50,723 nucleotides of DNA, taken from contig JAWOBF010000091.1 of the NCBI GenBank assembly GCA_046498225.1, positions 1-50,723 on the forward strand. The letters run 5' to 3'. The notes below the pieces were generated by a model. That model did not search any database. It saw only the letters and a list, made by a program, of their open reading frames with translations, and was not told where the DNA came from. The stretch comes from Candidatus Aegiribacteria sp. GTDB taxonomy: Bacteria; Fermentibacterota; Fermentibacteria; Fermentibacterales; JCC-6. Below, piece after piece: positions 41,050 through 49,682 of this stretch (within the stretch, counting starts at the first letter, position 1; each line of letters begins with the position of its first letter). The position numbers were made by a program, and so were the translations under genes.

Positions 41050-43953
41050 ATGAAGTACATGATTGCGCCCCTTCGAAGCTGGTATTCCTTCCGCAGGGGG
41101 GTGACCTCCCCGGCGGAGCTGGCCCGCGGAGTCGCCCGCAGCGGTTTTTCCGGAGGAGTACTCGCCGACCCCGGTGTGGCGTCGGGACAGCTGGAGTTCA
41201 TGGAGGAATGCGGGAAGCAGGGGGTTACCGGCGCCGCCGGAGTGGAGCTGGAAATTGATGGTGCGCCCACCGTCTTCATCGCCATGGACGGGGGATGGGG
41301 AAGCCTGTGCCGGCTCGTCACCGCGGTCCATCTCCCCCGGCGGGTATCCCCGGAGGAAGCCCTGGAAAGCGGAACGGACCTTGCCGCCGTGACAGGGAGT
41401 CCCGCCGAAGCCATAGTCCTGAGGGACCGGCTGGGTTTCGGGGGAGAGATATTCGTGGAGGTCCTGCCCGGCTGCCTGTCCCGAAGGGCCCCGGCCGACG
41501 CCGAGAGGGAGATAATGGACGCGGGATGCCGCCCGCTGGCGTTGTGGCCGGTGCTGTTCACGCGGAAGGAGCAGGTCGGCGCTCACCGGGTCCTGCGACG
41601 GGGGTACCTGGCCATCGAGGGGGAAAAACAGGCGCTGGAGGAATTCGCCTCCGAACAGAACGTCATGCCCGATGCCGGGATGTTCCGGAGGAGCTTCTGG
41701 AAGGCGGCCCGGTCGCTGGAGAACAACACCCGGCTTGCGGAGGCCCTTCCGGGCCAGCCCTCTGTGAGATGCAGGGACAGGCTCAGGGTGACAGGGGAGG
41801 AACGGCTGCTGGCGGAGATAGCCGTTGAAAGGCTGGCGACCCTGTACCGGGGCAGTCCCGCGGCCCTGCGCAGGATGGAGATGGAACTCTCGGCCATCAG
41901 CGAGAACGGCCTGGCCGGCTACTTCCTGAGATTCTTCGAGATAGTCGAACACTGCAGGCAAAACGGCATAGCGGTCTCGGCCAGGGGTTCCGCCGGGGGA
42001 AGCATCGTGGCGTACCTTCTGGGCATCTCCATTATTTGCCCCATACAGCACGGCCTGTCCTTCTCCCGGTTCTTCAACACTCTCAGGACCAGCCCTCCGG
42101 ACATAGACCTGGACCTGGACAGTTCGATGAGGGACCGGGTCATAGACTGGTTCCTGGAGAAGTCGGGCAGGAGGGGCGCCGCGGTCTCCCAGACCGTGAC
42201 CCACAGGCACAGGTCCGCCTTCAGGGTGGCCGCCGCCGGCCTGGGCATGGGCAGCGGCGAGATCGACACCCTCTCCGGGCTGATCCGCAGCCGCGACAAC
42301 CGGGTCTGGAGAAGACCGGAGGCGAAAAGAGCGCTGGAGGCATCCCTGCCTCTCAGGGGTATTCCCTCCCACCTGGCGCCCCACCCCTGCGGGTTCGTGT
42401 GCGCTCAGGGTCCCGTGGACTGCATCGTGCCCCTGCATACCAGCGCCTCAGGCTACCCCGTAACCCATTTCGACAAGGACGGAGTCGAGGAGATGGGCCT
42501 TCTCAAGATGGACCTCCTGGGCCAGAGGGGGCTGACCACCGTGTCCGTGGCGTGTGACAGGCTGGGCGGGAGTCCCATGAGCGTATTCCGGCGGGGGGGC
42601 GGCATACCTCCGCAAGCCAGGGAGATGCTGGACCGGGGAGAGACCATAGGCGTGGTCCACGTTGAATCTCCCGCCATGCGGGGACTGCTGAGGGAGATGA
42701 GGGTACGAACCATGGAGGACGTGGCCAGGGCTCTGGCGCTGGTACGGCCGGGGGCTTCCGCCGGCGGAGGGCGCAGGGATTACCTGGAGTGTCTCCGTTC
42801 GGGGGAGATGCTGGACTCGTGCCTGCCGGAGCTGCGTGCAGCGCTGAGGGAGAACCTGGGAGTCATGCTCTACCAGGAGGACGTTTCCAGGGCGGCGGAG
42901 GAGCTTCTGGGGCTGGACGAGGCCTCCGCGGACCTTCTGAGAAGGAAGCTGAAGAGAAGGGAGGTGAAGGAGGAGGAGATAATCTCCATCTGCAGGCGAA
43001 GATGCATGGGGCCCGAGAAGGCGGGCGCCGTATGGAAGACCCTCTCCGGCTACGCCGGTTACGGGTTCTGCAAGGCCCATGCCTTCACCTACGGGGCGGT
43101 AGCGTGCGGTGCGGCCATCCTGAAATCGGAGCATCCCGCTATCTACATGGCCGCGGTGATGGCGGCGGGAGGGGGCTTCTACGCTCCCAGGGTCTACCTG
43201 GAGGAGGCCAGAAGGCTGGGCATCGGCTTCCAGCCCCCGGGGGTTAACACCGGCGGGTGGCTGACACGGGAGAGGGACGGAACGATCATTCCCGGTTTTC
43301 ATCATCTCAGGGGAATGGGCGCAACCGAGTACGAAAAACTCAGGAAGGGAAGGCCCTACGACAGACCCTCGCAGGTGCCTGGCTCCGGGTGTGGAATGGC
43401 GCTGTGCAGGAACATGGCCGCCGCCGGATGTTTCGGAGAGATCGGCTTCTCGCCCCCCGAAGCTCTCATGGAGCTGGAGGCCGGTGACGGCGGGTTCTTT
43501 CCCGGGCCCCCTTCGGGAGCGCCCCGCCTTCCGGATTATTCCACGCGGACCAGGGTCGCCATGGAGCTGGGGCTTCTGGGCCTTCCCCTGTCGGCGAACC
43601 CCCTGGAACTGCTGCCCCGTCCCGAGGGGACCGTTCCCCTCCGCCGGGCGCCCGATTCCGGGAGCTTCAGCATATGGGGCAGGTTCGTGACCGGAAGAAG
43701 ACTCGCCGGCGGCGCGGGGTTTCTCATGCTGGAGGACGGCAGCGGAGTGGCGGACCTTTTTCTCCCAGCCCCCCTCTTCCGGCGGGCGATGTCCATTCTT
43801 GTCCGTCCGGAGGCGACCGTTATAGTAAGGGGTAGAGTGGAACGGGGGAACAGGATGAGAGGGCGGGAGGTGCGGCCCGGACCGCTGTCCGTCCCTCCGC
43901 TGGCGCCCGAACCTCCCGGGAAGCAGGAACGCAAACATGCTGGAAGGATATGA
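41050..43953 (+). CDS. dnaE2: DNA polymerase III alpha-like, error-prone DnaE2 type
   Basis: RGSAGGS, PPDIDLD and LKMDLLG catalytic motifs, HPCG, YQED, GYGFCKAHA, C-terminal OB fold (FLMLED); degenerate PHP domain; only 967 aa; SOS-like box upstream. Confidence 0.85.
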   Translation: MKYMIAPLRSWYSFRRGVTSPAELARGVARSGFSGGVLADPGVASGQLEFMEECGKQGVTGAAGVELEIDGAPTVFIAMDGGWGSLCRLVTAVHLPRRVSPEEALESGTDLAAVTGSPAEAIVLRDRLGFGGEIFVEVLPGCLSRRAPADAEREIMDAGCRPLALWPVLFTRKEQVGAHRVLRRGYLAIEGEKQALEEFASEQNVMPDAGMFRRSFWKAARSLENNTRLAEALPGQPSVRCRDRLRVTGEERLLAEIAVERLATLYRGSPAALRRMEMELSAISENGLAGYFLRFFEIVEHCRQNGIAVSARGSAGGSIVAYLLGISIICPIQHGLSFSRFFNTLRTSPPDIDLDLDSSMRDRVIDWFLEKSGRRGAAVSQTVTHRHRSAFRVAAAGLGMGSGEIDTLSGLIRSRDNRVWRRPEAKRALEASLPLRGIPSHLAPHPCGFVCAQGPVDCIVPLHTSASGYPVTHFDKDGVEEMGLLKMDLLGQRGLTTVSVACDRLGGSPMSVFRRGGGIPPQAREMLDRGETIGVVHVESPAMRGLLREMRVRTMEDVARALALVRPGASAGGGRRDYLECLRSGEMLDSCLPELRAALRENLGVMLYQEDVSRAAEELLGLDEASADLLRRKLKRREVKEEEIISICRRRCMGPEKAGAVWKTLSGYAGYGFCKAHAFTYGAVACGAAILKSEHPAIYMAAVMAAGGGFYAPRVYLEEARRLGIGFQPPGVNTGGWLTRERDGTIIPGFHHLRGMGATEYEKLRKGRPYDRPSQVPGSGCGMALCRNMAAAGCFGEIGFSPPEALMELEAGDGGFFPGPPSGAPRLPDYSTRTRVAMELGLLGLPLSANPLELLPRPEGTVPLRRAPDSGSFSIWGRFVTGRRLAGGAGFLMLEDGSGVADLFLPAPLFRRAMSILVRPEATVIVRGRVERGNRMRGREVRPGPLSVPPLAPEPPGKQERKHAGRI

Positions 43954-46334
43954 AGATGGCCGTAAGCCCGCTGAAACCAGATGAACTGAAATGGAAGTGT
44001 CCGCCAGACGCCCTTGATTTCAATACTACGGATGACATCAAGCCCTCATTTGAGATAGTAGGACAGGAGAGGGCCATAAGGGCCCTGCGGCTCGGGCTGG
44101 AGATACCTTCCATCGGTTACAACATGTTCGTTACCGGAGTCTCCGGTACCGGGCGGGAGACCACCATCAAGAGGATACTGGAAAGCATGGACACCACCAC
44201 CGAAGACCTGAGGGACATCATGTACGTAAGGAACATGGAGGAACCCAGGAACCCGGTGGTCCTCACCTTCCCCGCCGGCGGCGGGGCCCGTTTCGTGGAG
44301 ACACTCGAGGAGTGCGTGCAGCTGCTGAAAAGCAACATTCCCGCGGTTCTCGGGAGTGAAAGGGCCGAAATGGAGTCCAGGGCGGTCAAGGCCACCTACG
44401 GCGATCGCAAGCAGGTAATCATGGACAAGGTGAAGGAGAAGGCGGCGAAAGCCGGCTTCGCCATAGTCAACGTACCGGTCGGGCCCAATGATTTCAGGCC
44501 CGATGTCCTTCCGGTGATAGAGGAGGAGCCCGTAACCTTCGACACACTCGAGGGGATGAAGGACGAGGGCAAGCTGACACAGGAGGAGTTCGACAGTTAC
44601 ACCCGGCAGCATGAGAAGCTCTTCAAGCAGCTCACCAACGCGTTCCGGCTGACGCGGGACCTGGAGATAGAACTCAACTCCAAGTTGGAGATGATGGCCA
44701 GGCGCCTGGTGAAGCCTACTGTCGAGGGCATCATCGCCATACTCAAGGCGATCAGCGACGACAAGGCTGACAGCTGGGCCGATTCGATAGTGGAGATAAT
44801 ACTGCAGAACCTCAAGGATTTTGCCGGAAGCTCCGACGGCAGCGACCCTTACGTGCTGCTTACCCCCAACCTGATAGTCGACAATTCCGGGAATGACAAG
44901 CGTCCCGTGGTGATAGAGGAATTCCCCGACTCCATGAGCCTGTTCGGCAACATCGACCGGGTGGTGGTGGACAGCAAGCCCTACAGCGACCACACCATGA
45001 TAAGACCCGGGGCCATTCACAGGGCCGATGGCGGATACCTGATAATGAACGCGCTGGACCTTGTCCGGGACCCTTCTCTGTGGCAGAGGCTCATACAGAC
45101 CCTGAGGAACCAGACCACGGTCATCAGGAGTCACGACCCCATGGGCATCCATCCGGTGCATCTCAACCCGGAACCGCTGGACACCAACGTCAAAGTGATA
45201 CTGATGGGCACCTCCTCCCTCTACCGGATGCTGGCGGCCTACGAGCAGGAGTTCGGCCTCCTTTTCAGGATAAGGGCGGCTTTCGATTTCACCATGGAGG
45301 CCACAAAGGACAACGTGAGAGACTTCGCTGACGTCGTGGCCGGAATAATAAGGCAGGAGGAGCTGCTGCCGATGGACTCAGGCGCGGTGGCCGCGGTGGT
45401 GGAGGAGAGCGCCAGGATAGCCGGTATTCATGACAGGATATCCCTGGAGTTCAACAGGGTCACCGACTACCTGCGGCAGGCGACCTACTTCGCCAGGCAG
45501 GCCGGGGAATCCACGGTGACCGCGGAGCACGTCATGGAAGCCATCGATCAGAAGATATTCCGCCTGAACATGTCGGAGACGTACGCCACCAGACAGATAG
45601 TCGACGGCGTGGTGATGGTGGATACCGAGGGGGCAAGGGTGGGACAGGTCAACGGCCTTGCGGTCTACCGCGGGGTGGACTACTCCTTCGGCCTGCCCAT
45701 GAGGATAACCACCAGGGTGTCCGCCGGGAAGAAGGGAATAATAAACGTGGAGCGCGAGGCGGACATGTCCGGCATAACCCACACCAAGGGAATGCTTATA
45801 ATCGCCGGTTTCATGCAGGGCACGTTCGCCAGGGACTACCCGCTCTCACTGTCCGCCAGCGTGGTGTTCGAGCAGAGCTACGGCGGAATAGAGGGGGACA
45901 GCGCTTCCTCCACAGAACTGTACGTTCTGCTGAGCGCCCTGTCGGAGATACCCCTCAGGCAGGACATCGCCGTTACCGGTTCGGTGAACCAGTTCGGGGA
46001 GGTCCAGGCCATCGGCGGGGTGAACGAGAAGATAGAGGGCTTCTACCGCGTGTGCTGCGGCAGGGGCCTCACCGGCACACAGGGCGTGATGATACCGGGG
46101 GCGAACGTTAAGGACCTCCATCTTCGGGACAGCGTCATAGACGCCGTAAGGAAGGGCACGTTCCATATCTACCCTGTCAGTATGATTAATGAGGGGGCCG
46201 AACTCCTGATGGGTACGGAAGCGGGGGAGGTGCAACCGGATGGGACGTACCCGGAGGGATCCATTTTCGGCAGGGTGGACCGCAGGCTCAGACAGATGGC
46301 GGAGACCCTCAGGGACTTCTCCTACCATCACTGA
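43950..46334 (+). CDS. Lon-like protease, LonC type (degenerate AAA domain plus S16 domain)
   Basis: GQERA, GVSGTGRET (Walker A Lys to Arg), coiled-coil insert, PGAIHRADGGYL, VGQVNGL, IEGDSAS (Ser) and GGVNEKIEGF (Lys). Confidence 0.9.
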   Translation: MKMAVSPLKPDELKWKCPPDALDFNTTDDIKPSFEIVGQERAIRALRLGLEIPSIGYNMFVTGVSGTGRETTIKRILESMDTTTEDLRDIMYVRNMEEPRNPVVLTFPAGGGARFVETLEECVQLLKSNIPAVLGSERAEMESRAVKATYGDRKQVIMDKVKEKAAKAGFAIVNVPVGPNDFRPDVLPVIEEEPVTFDTLEGMKDEGKLTQEEFDSYTRQHEKLFKQLTNAFRLTRDLEIELNSKLEMMARRLVKPTVEGIIAILKAISDDKADSWADSIVEIILQNLKDFAGSSDGSDPYVLLTPNLIVDNSGNDKRPVVIEEFPDSMSLFGNIDRVVVDSKPYSDHTMIRPGAIHRADGGYLIMNALDLVRDPSLWQRLIQTLRNQTTVIRSHDPMGIHPVHLNPEPLDTNVKVILMGTSSLYRMLAAYEQEFGLLFRIRAAFDFTMEATKDNVRDFADVVAGIIRQEELLPMDSGAVAAVVEESARIAGIHDRISLEFNRVTDYLRQATYFARQAGESTVTAEHVMEAIDQKIFRLNMSETYATRQIVDGVVMVDTEGARVGQVNGLAVYRGVDYSFGLPMRITTRVSAGKKGIINVEREADMSGITHTKGMLIIAGFMQGTFARDYPLSLSASVVFEQSYGGIEGDSASSTELYVLLSALSEIPLRQDIAVTGSVNQFGEVQAIGGVNEKIEGFYRVCCGRGLTGTQGVMIPGANVKDLHLRDSVIDAVRKGTFHIYPVSMINEGAELLMGTEAGEVQPDGTYPEGSIFGRVDRRLRQMAETLRDFSYHH

Positions 46335-46370
46335 TAACGCCGCTGACTGCCGTACCGGCGGTCCACGCGG

Positions 46371-46390
46371 TGAATATTTCTGTATATTCA
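46371..46390. promoter_or_regulatory. Palindromic operator candidate overlapping a -10 box
   Basis: TGAATAT-TTCTGT-ATATTCA; contains TATATT (46383-46388) 6 nt before ATG 46395. Confidence 0.4.
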
Positions 46391-46394
46391 TCCC

Positions 46395-47576
46395 ATGAAA
46401 AGGATATTCACCGCCTCCTGGGGACAGCTTGAAAAGGGCGGCTCCAACGTGGGGGACGAGGCCATCTTCGCCTCCCAGGTAAGGGACCTCTCATCCCTTG
46501 ACGGAATTCGAACGGGAGTGATGTCGGCGGTCCCCGGGAAGACCGAGGCCACCTACGGGGCGAAACCCTTCGACGTGGGCGAAGGAAGGCTTCGCGCCAT
46601 GGTCCGGGCCGTCAGATGGTCCGACGTGGTGATAGTCGGCGGAGGCGAGCTGGCCCAGGACAGGTCTTCCCTGCTCTACACCCCCTACAACCTTCACCCC
46701 CTGAGGCTGGCGAAACGCTACGGGAAGCCTGCCTTCGCATGGTCCATCGGGATAGGCCAGGGGGACGAACTGGCCAGGTGGACACCGGGACAGCTGAGGA
46801 AATGGCTTGGATACTGCAGCGGCATCACGGTCAGGGACAGACCTTCCTACGATACTCTCATGCAGCTGGGGCTGGACCCGGAAAGAGTGAAGCTGGCGTC
46901 GGATTCGACCTTCACCCTGGCGGGTGACTACGCCGGGCTCCATGATACCCCGGACGTACTGGGAGTGGCCCTGCGGAACGTTTCCAACAGGCAGGGAAAG
47001 CTGCTGCCGCTGGAATGGCGGAAAAAACTTGGTCTCTACCGCGAGCCGGACGTGTCGGAGCGCAGGAGGAAATGGGCCGCCATCCTGGACAGGCACATCG
47101 AGACCAGGGGAGGCGAGATACGGTTCTTTCCATTCCACACTGGAAGCCTCTCCAACTCCGACGACGAGGAGTGCGTCGCTGTGATGGCAATGATGAGGAA
47201 CAGCCACAGGGCATCGGTCCTCATGCCCGGCGAACTGCGGGAATTCCTGAACGGTATCTCCGGGTGCAGGCTCTTCGTGACCGTACCTCTCCACGGCGCC
47301 ATACTTTCGGTGGTCACCGGAACGGTGCCGGTTGCGGTTCCCTACGCCTCCAAGGGATACCGCTTCATGGATGAGATAGAGCTGGATGGCCTGACGGTGG
47401 ACCCGCAGGCCGATGACTGGGACAGAAGGCTCTCATCGCTGCTGGACCGAACGTGGGAATCCTCCCGGGAGATCCTCAACGACATCTCTCCCAAAAGGAG
47501 CAGGCTGGCGGAGCAGTGCGCCGTCAATCTCCACCATTTCCGAAGGACCTGCCTGCGGCCGGAAGGCGACCGATAG
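46395..47576 (+). CDS. Polysaccharide pyruvyl transferase family protein
   Basis: NVGDEAI, IVGGGELAQD, SIGIG, ITVRDRPS, LHGAILS, YASK. Confidence 0.88.
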   Translation: MKRIFTASWGQLEKGGSNVGDEAIFASQVRDLSSLDGIRTGVMSAVPGKTEATYGAKPFDVGEGRLRAMVRAVRWSDVVIVGGGELAQDRSSLLYTPYNLHPLRLAKRYGKPAFAWSIGIGQGDELARWTPGQLRKWLGYCSGITVRDRPSYDTLMQLGLDPERVKLASDSTFTLAGDYAGLHDTPDVLGVALRNVSNRQGKLLPLEWRKKLGLYREPDVSERRRKWAAILDRHIETRGGEIRFFPFHTGSLSNSDDEECVAVMAMMRNSHRASVLMPGELREFLNGISGCRLFVTVPLHGAILSVVTGTVPVAVPYASKGYRFMDEIELDGLTVDPQADDWDRRLSSLLDRTWESSREILNDISPKRSRLAEQCAVNLHHFRRTCLRPEGDR

Positions 47577-47579
47577 ATA

Positions 47580-48398
47580 TTGATACCCGGAATACACGCC
47601 TCGGTGCGGGGGGGACTTGCACATGCCCTGGATACCATCAGGGAATCGGGCCTGGGCTGCGGACAGATATTCACCACAAGCCAGAGACGGTGGCTGGGCC
47701 GGGCCGTCACCGAGGAGGAAGCGAAGGTCTTCGGTGAGAGTTCCATACCCATGGTGTCCCACGCCTCCTACCTCATAAATCTCGCATCCACACGCAGCCA
47801 GGTTCGGAAGAGGTCCCTCGACGCGCTGCGGGAGGAGCTGGACAGAATAAACCGGCTGAAGATGAAATGGACCGTAATCCATCCCGGGGCCCACCTGGGA
47901 TCGGGCGAGACGCACGGCATCGGGATCATATCATCCCTTGTCCGCAGAATACTCTCGGATTCTCCCTCAACCACCGGCGTGCTGTTCGAGAACACATCGG
48001 GGCAGGGCACCACACTGGGCCGGTCCTTCGAACAGCTGACCATGCTGCTTGAACTCACCGGGATGCCGGAAAGGACCGGAGTCTGTTTCGATACCTGCCA
48101 CGCTTTCGCGGCCGGGTACGACCTTTCCTCCAGTGCGGCGGTTGATGACACGATGGAAGCCTTCGACCGGACGGCCGGCATAGGCTGCATAAGGGCTTTT
48201 CACATGAACGATTCCCTGACCCCGCGGGGAAGCCGCAGGGACAGACATGCCGGGATAGGCAGCGGGCTCATAGGGCTGGAGCCGCTCCGGTACATGGCCT
48301 CGCTGAAGGCTTTCAGCAGTGTCCCCGGCATCGTGGAAACACCCGGAAGCGATGAAGACAGGGCGGCGGACGCCTTGAAGCTGACAGCCGGCATATGA
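47580..48398 (+). CDS. nfo: Endonuclease IV (AP endonuclease)
   Basis: GIHAS, QIFT, HASYLINL, HPG, ENTSGQG, DTCHAFAAG, HMNDS, DRH, ETP. Confidence 0.95.
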   Translation: MIPGIHASVRGGLAHALDTIRESGLGCGQIFTTSQRRWLGRAVTEEEAKVFGESSIPMVSHASYLINLASTRSQVRKRSLDALREELDRINRLKMKWTVIHPGAHLGSGETHGIGIISSLVRRILSDSPSTTGVLFENTSGQGTTLGRSFEQLTMLLELTGMPERTGVCFDTCHAFAAGYDLSSSAAVDDTMEAFDRTAGIGCIRAFHMNDSLTPRGSRRDRHAGIGSGLIGLEPLRYMASLKAFSSVPGIVETPGSDEDRAADALKLTAGI

Positions 48399-48635
48399 TG
48401 TCAACTATTCCACACCGCCCCTCCTTACCGGTGGTAATATTCGGACACCGCCTTCCATGATAAACTCAAAAAATCGGTATGGCCTTAATAAACAGGGGTT
48501 GATCGAGGTACGGTTCATGCTTCCCTTTTCGGTGTGCCTCTGTTATCTTCAGTCTGGTGGCCGGTCATCCCTGCATGGAGGTAGCCAATTGATCAACCGC
48601 GGTATTCAACCATCGCATCCCGGCGCCCTGTCCGA

Positions 48636-49682
48636 ATGAATATCGCTTTCACCGCCGATGTGCACCTTTCGGAGGATTCGGGCCATCCCGAGCGGCACCG
48701 CGCACTTCAGGACATAGTAGACAAGATCAAATCCATGGGAATCGGATCCCTGGTAATAGCGGGGGACCTCTTCGACGAGAATTGCTCGAGCTACGCGGGG
48801 TTCGAGGAGGTATGCGGGAACAATCCCTCTATCCGGTTTCACGTGATACCCGGCAATCACGACCCGGACATATCCGGCCGGATCATTGTCGGGGACAACA
48901 TCCGCATCCACGACAGCCTTGAAGTCATGGAGATGGACGGTCTTCAGACGGTCTTCATACCCTATTCAGACTCCTCTGGCATGGCGGAGCGGCTTGAGGG
49001 CCTGGATATTCACGGGCGATGGATACTTGTGGGACATGGAGATTACGTCAGCGGAACCAAGGAGCGGAACCCCTACGAGCAGGGCACATACATGCCCCTG
49101 TACAGGCGGGACGTGGAAAGGTACCAGCCGTGGAAGATCTTCCTGGGCCATATACACAAGCCCGCGGACATGGGAAACGTACACTACCCCGGGTCCCCCT
49201 GCGGCCTGGACATCAACGAGACCGGCAGAAGAAGGTTTCTCACTTTCGATACTTCCACCGGAAAGGTTTCATCGAGCACGGTGGATACTGATGTTCTTTT
49301 CTTTCAGGAGAAGCTTCTGGTGATACCGGATGAGAACGAGCTGGAAAGGCTCAGGAACCATGCCCTTGCCAGGATAGCCACATGGGGCCTTGACCGCGAG
49401 GAGAAGAAGAAAGCTCGGATAAGAGTGACCGTATCCGGTTATACCTCTGACCGGGAAGCCGTGATGAACTGTCTGAAGGATGTTTTCAGTTCCTACAGCT
49501 TCTACGACGGGGAGGGACCCGACATATCATCTCTGCGGGTGGCGCGTGACCTGAAGCGGAACGCCATCGCCAGGAAGGCGATAGAGTTCATTGAAGAGAT
49601 GGACTGGAATTTCGGGGGAGACGAGCCCGAGAAGGAACAGGTGATCGAAGCCTCACTTCACGTCGTATTCGGAGAAGGCTGA
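48636..49682 (+). CDS. SbcD/Mre11-like metallophosphoesterase nuclease
   Basis: TADVHL, AGDLFD, PGNHD, GHG, LGHIH, YPGSP; overlaps the start of the following SMC-like ATPase. Confidence 0.88.
   Translation: MNIAFTADVHLSEDSGHPERHRALQDIVDKIKSMGIGSLVIAGDLFDENCSSYAGFEEVCGNNPSIRFHVIPGNHDPDISGRIIVGDNIRIHDSLEVMEMDGLQTVFIPYSDSSGMAERLEGLDIHGRWILVGHGDYVSGTKERNPYEQGTYMPLYRRDVERYQPWKIFLGHIHKPADMGNVHYPGSPCGLDINETGRRRFLTFDTSTGKVSSSTVDTDVLFFQEKLLVIPDENELERLRNHALARIATWGLDREEKKKARIRVTVSGYTSDREAVMNCLKDVFSSYSFYDGEGPDISSLRVARDLKRNAIARKAIEFIEEMDWNFGGDEPEKEQVIEASLHVVFGEG

Noticed and set aside
48457..48639. 60-aa ORF in the nfo-sbcD gap
   Set aside because: No SD, atypical composition and no motif; not supportable as a gene.
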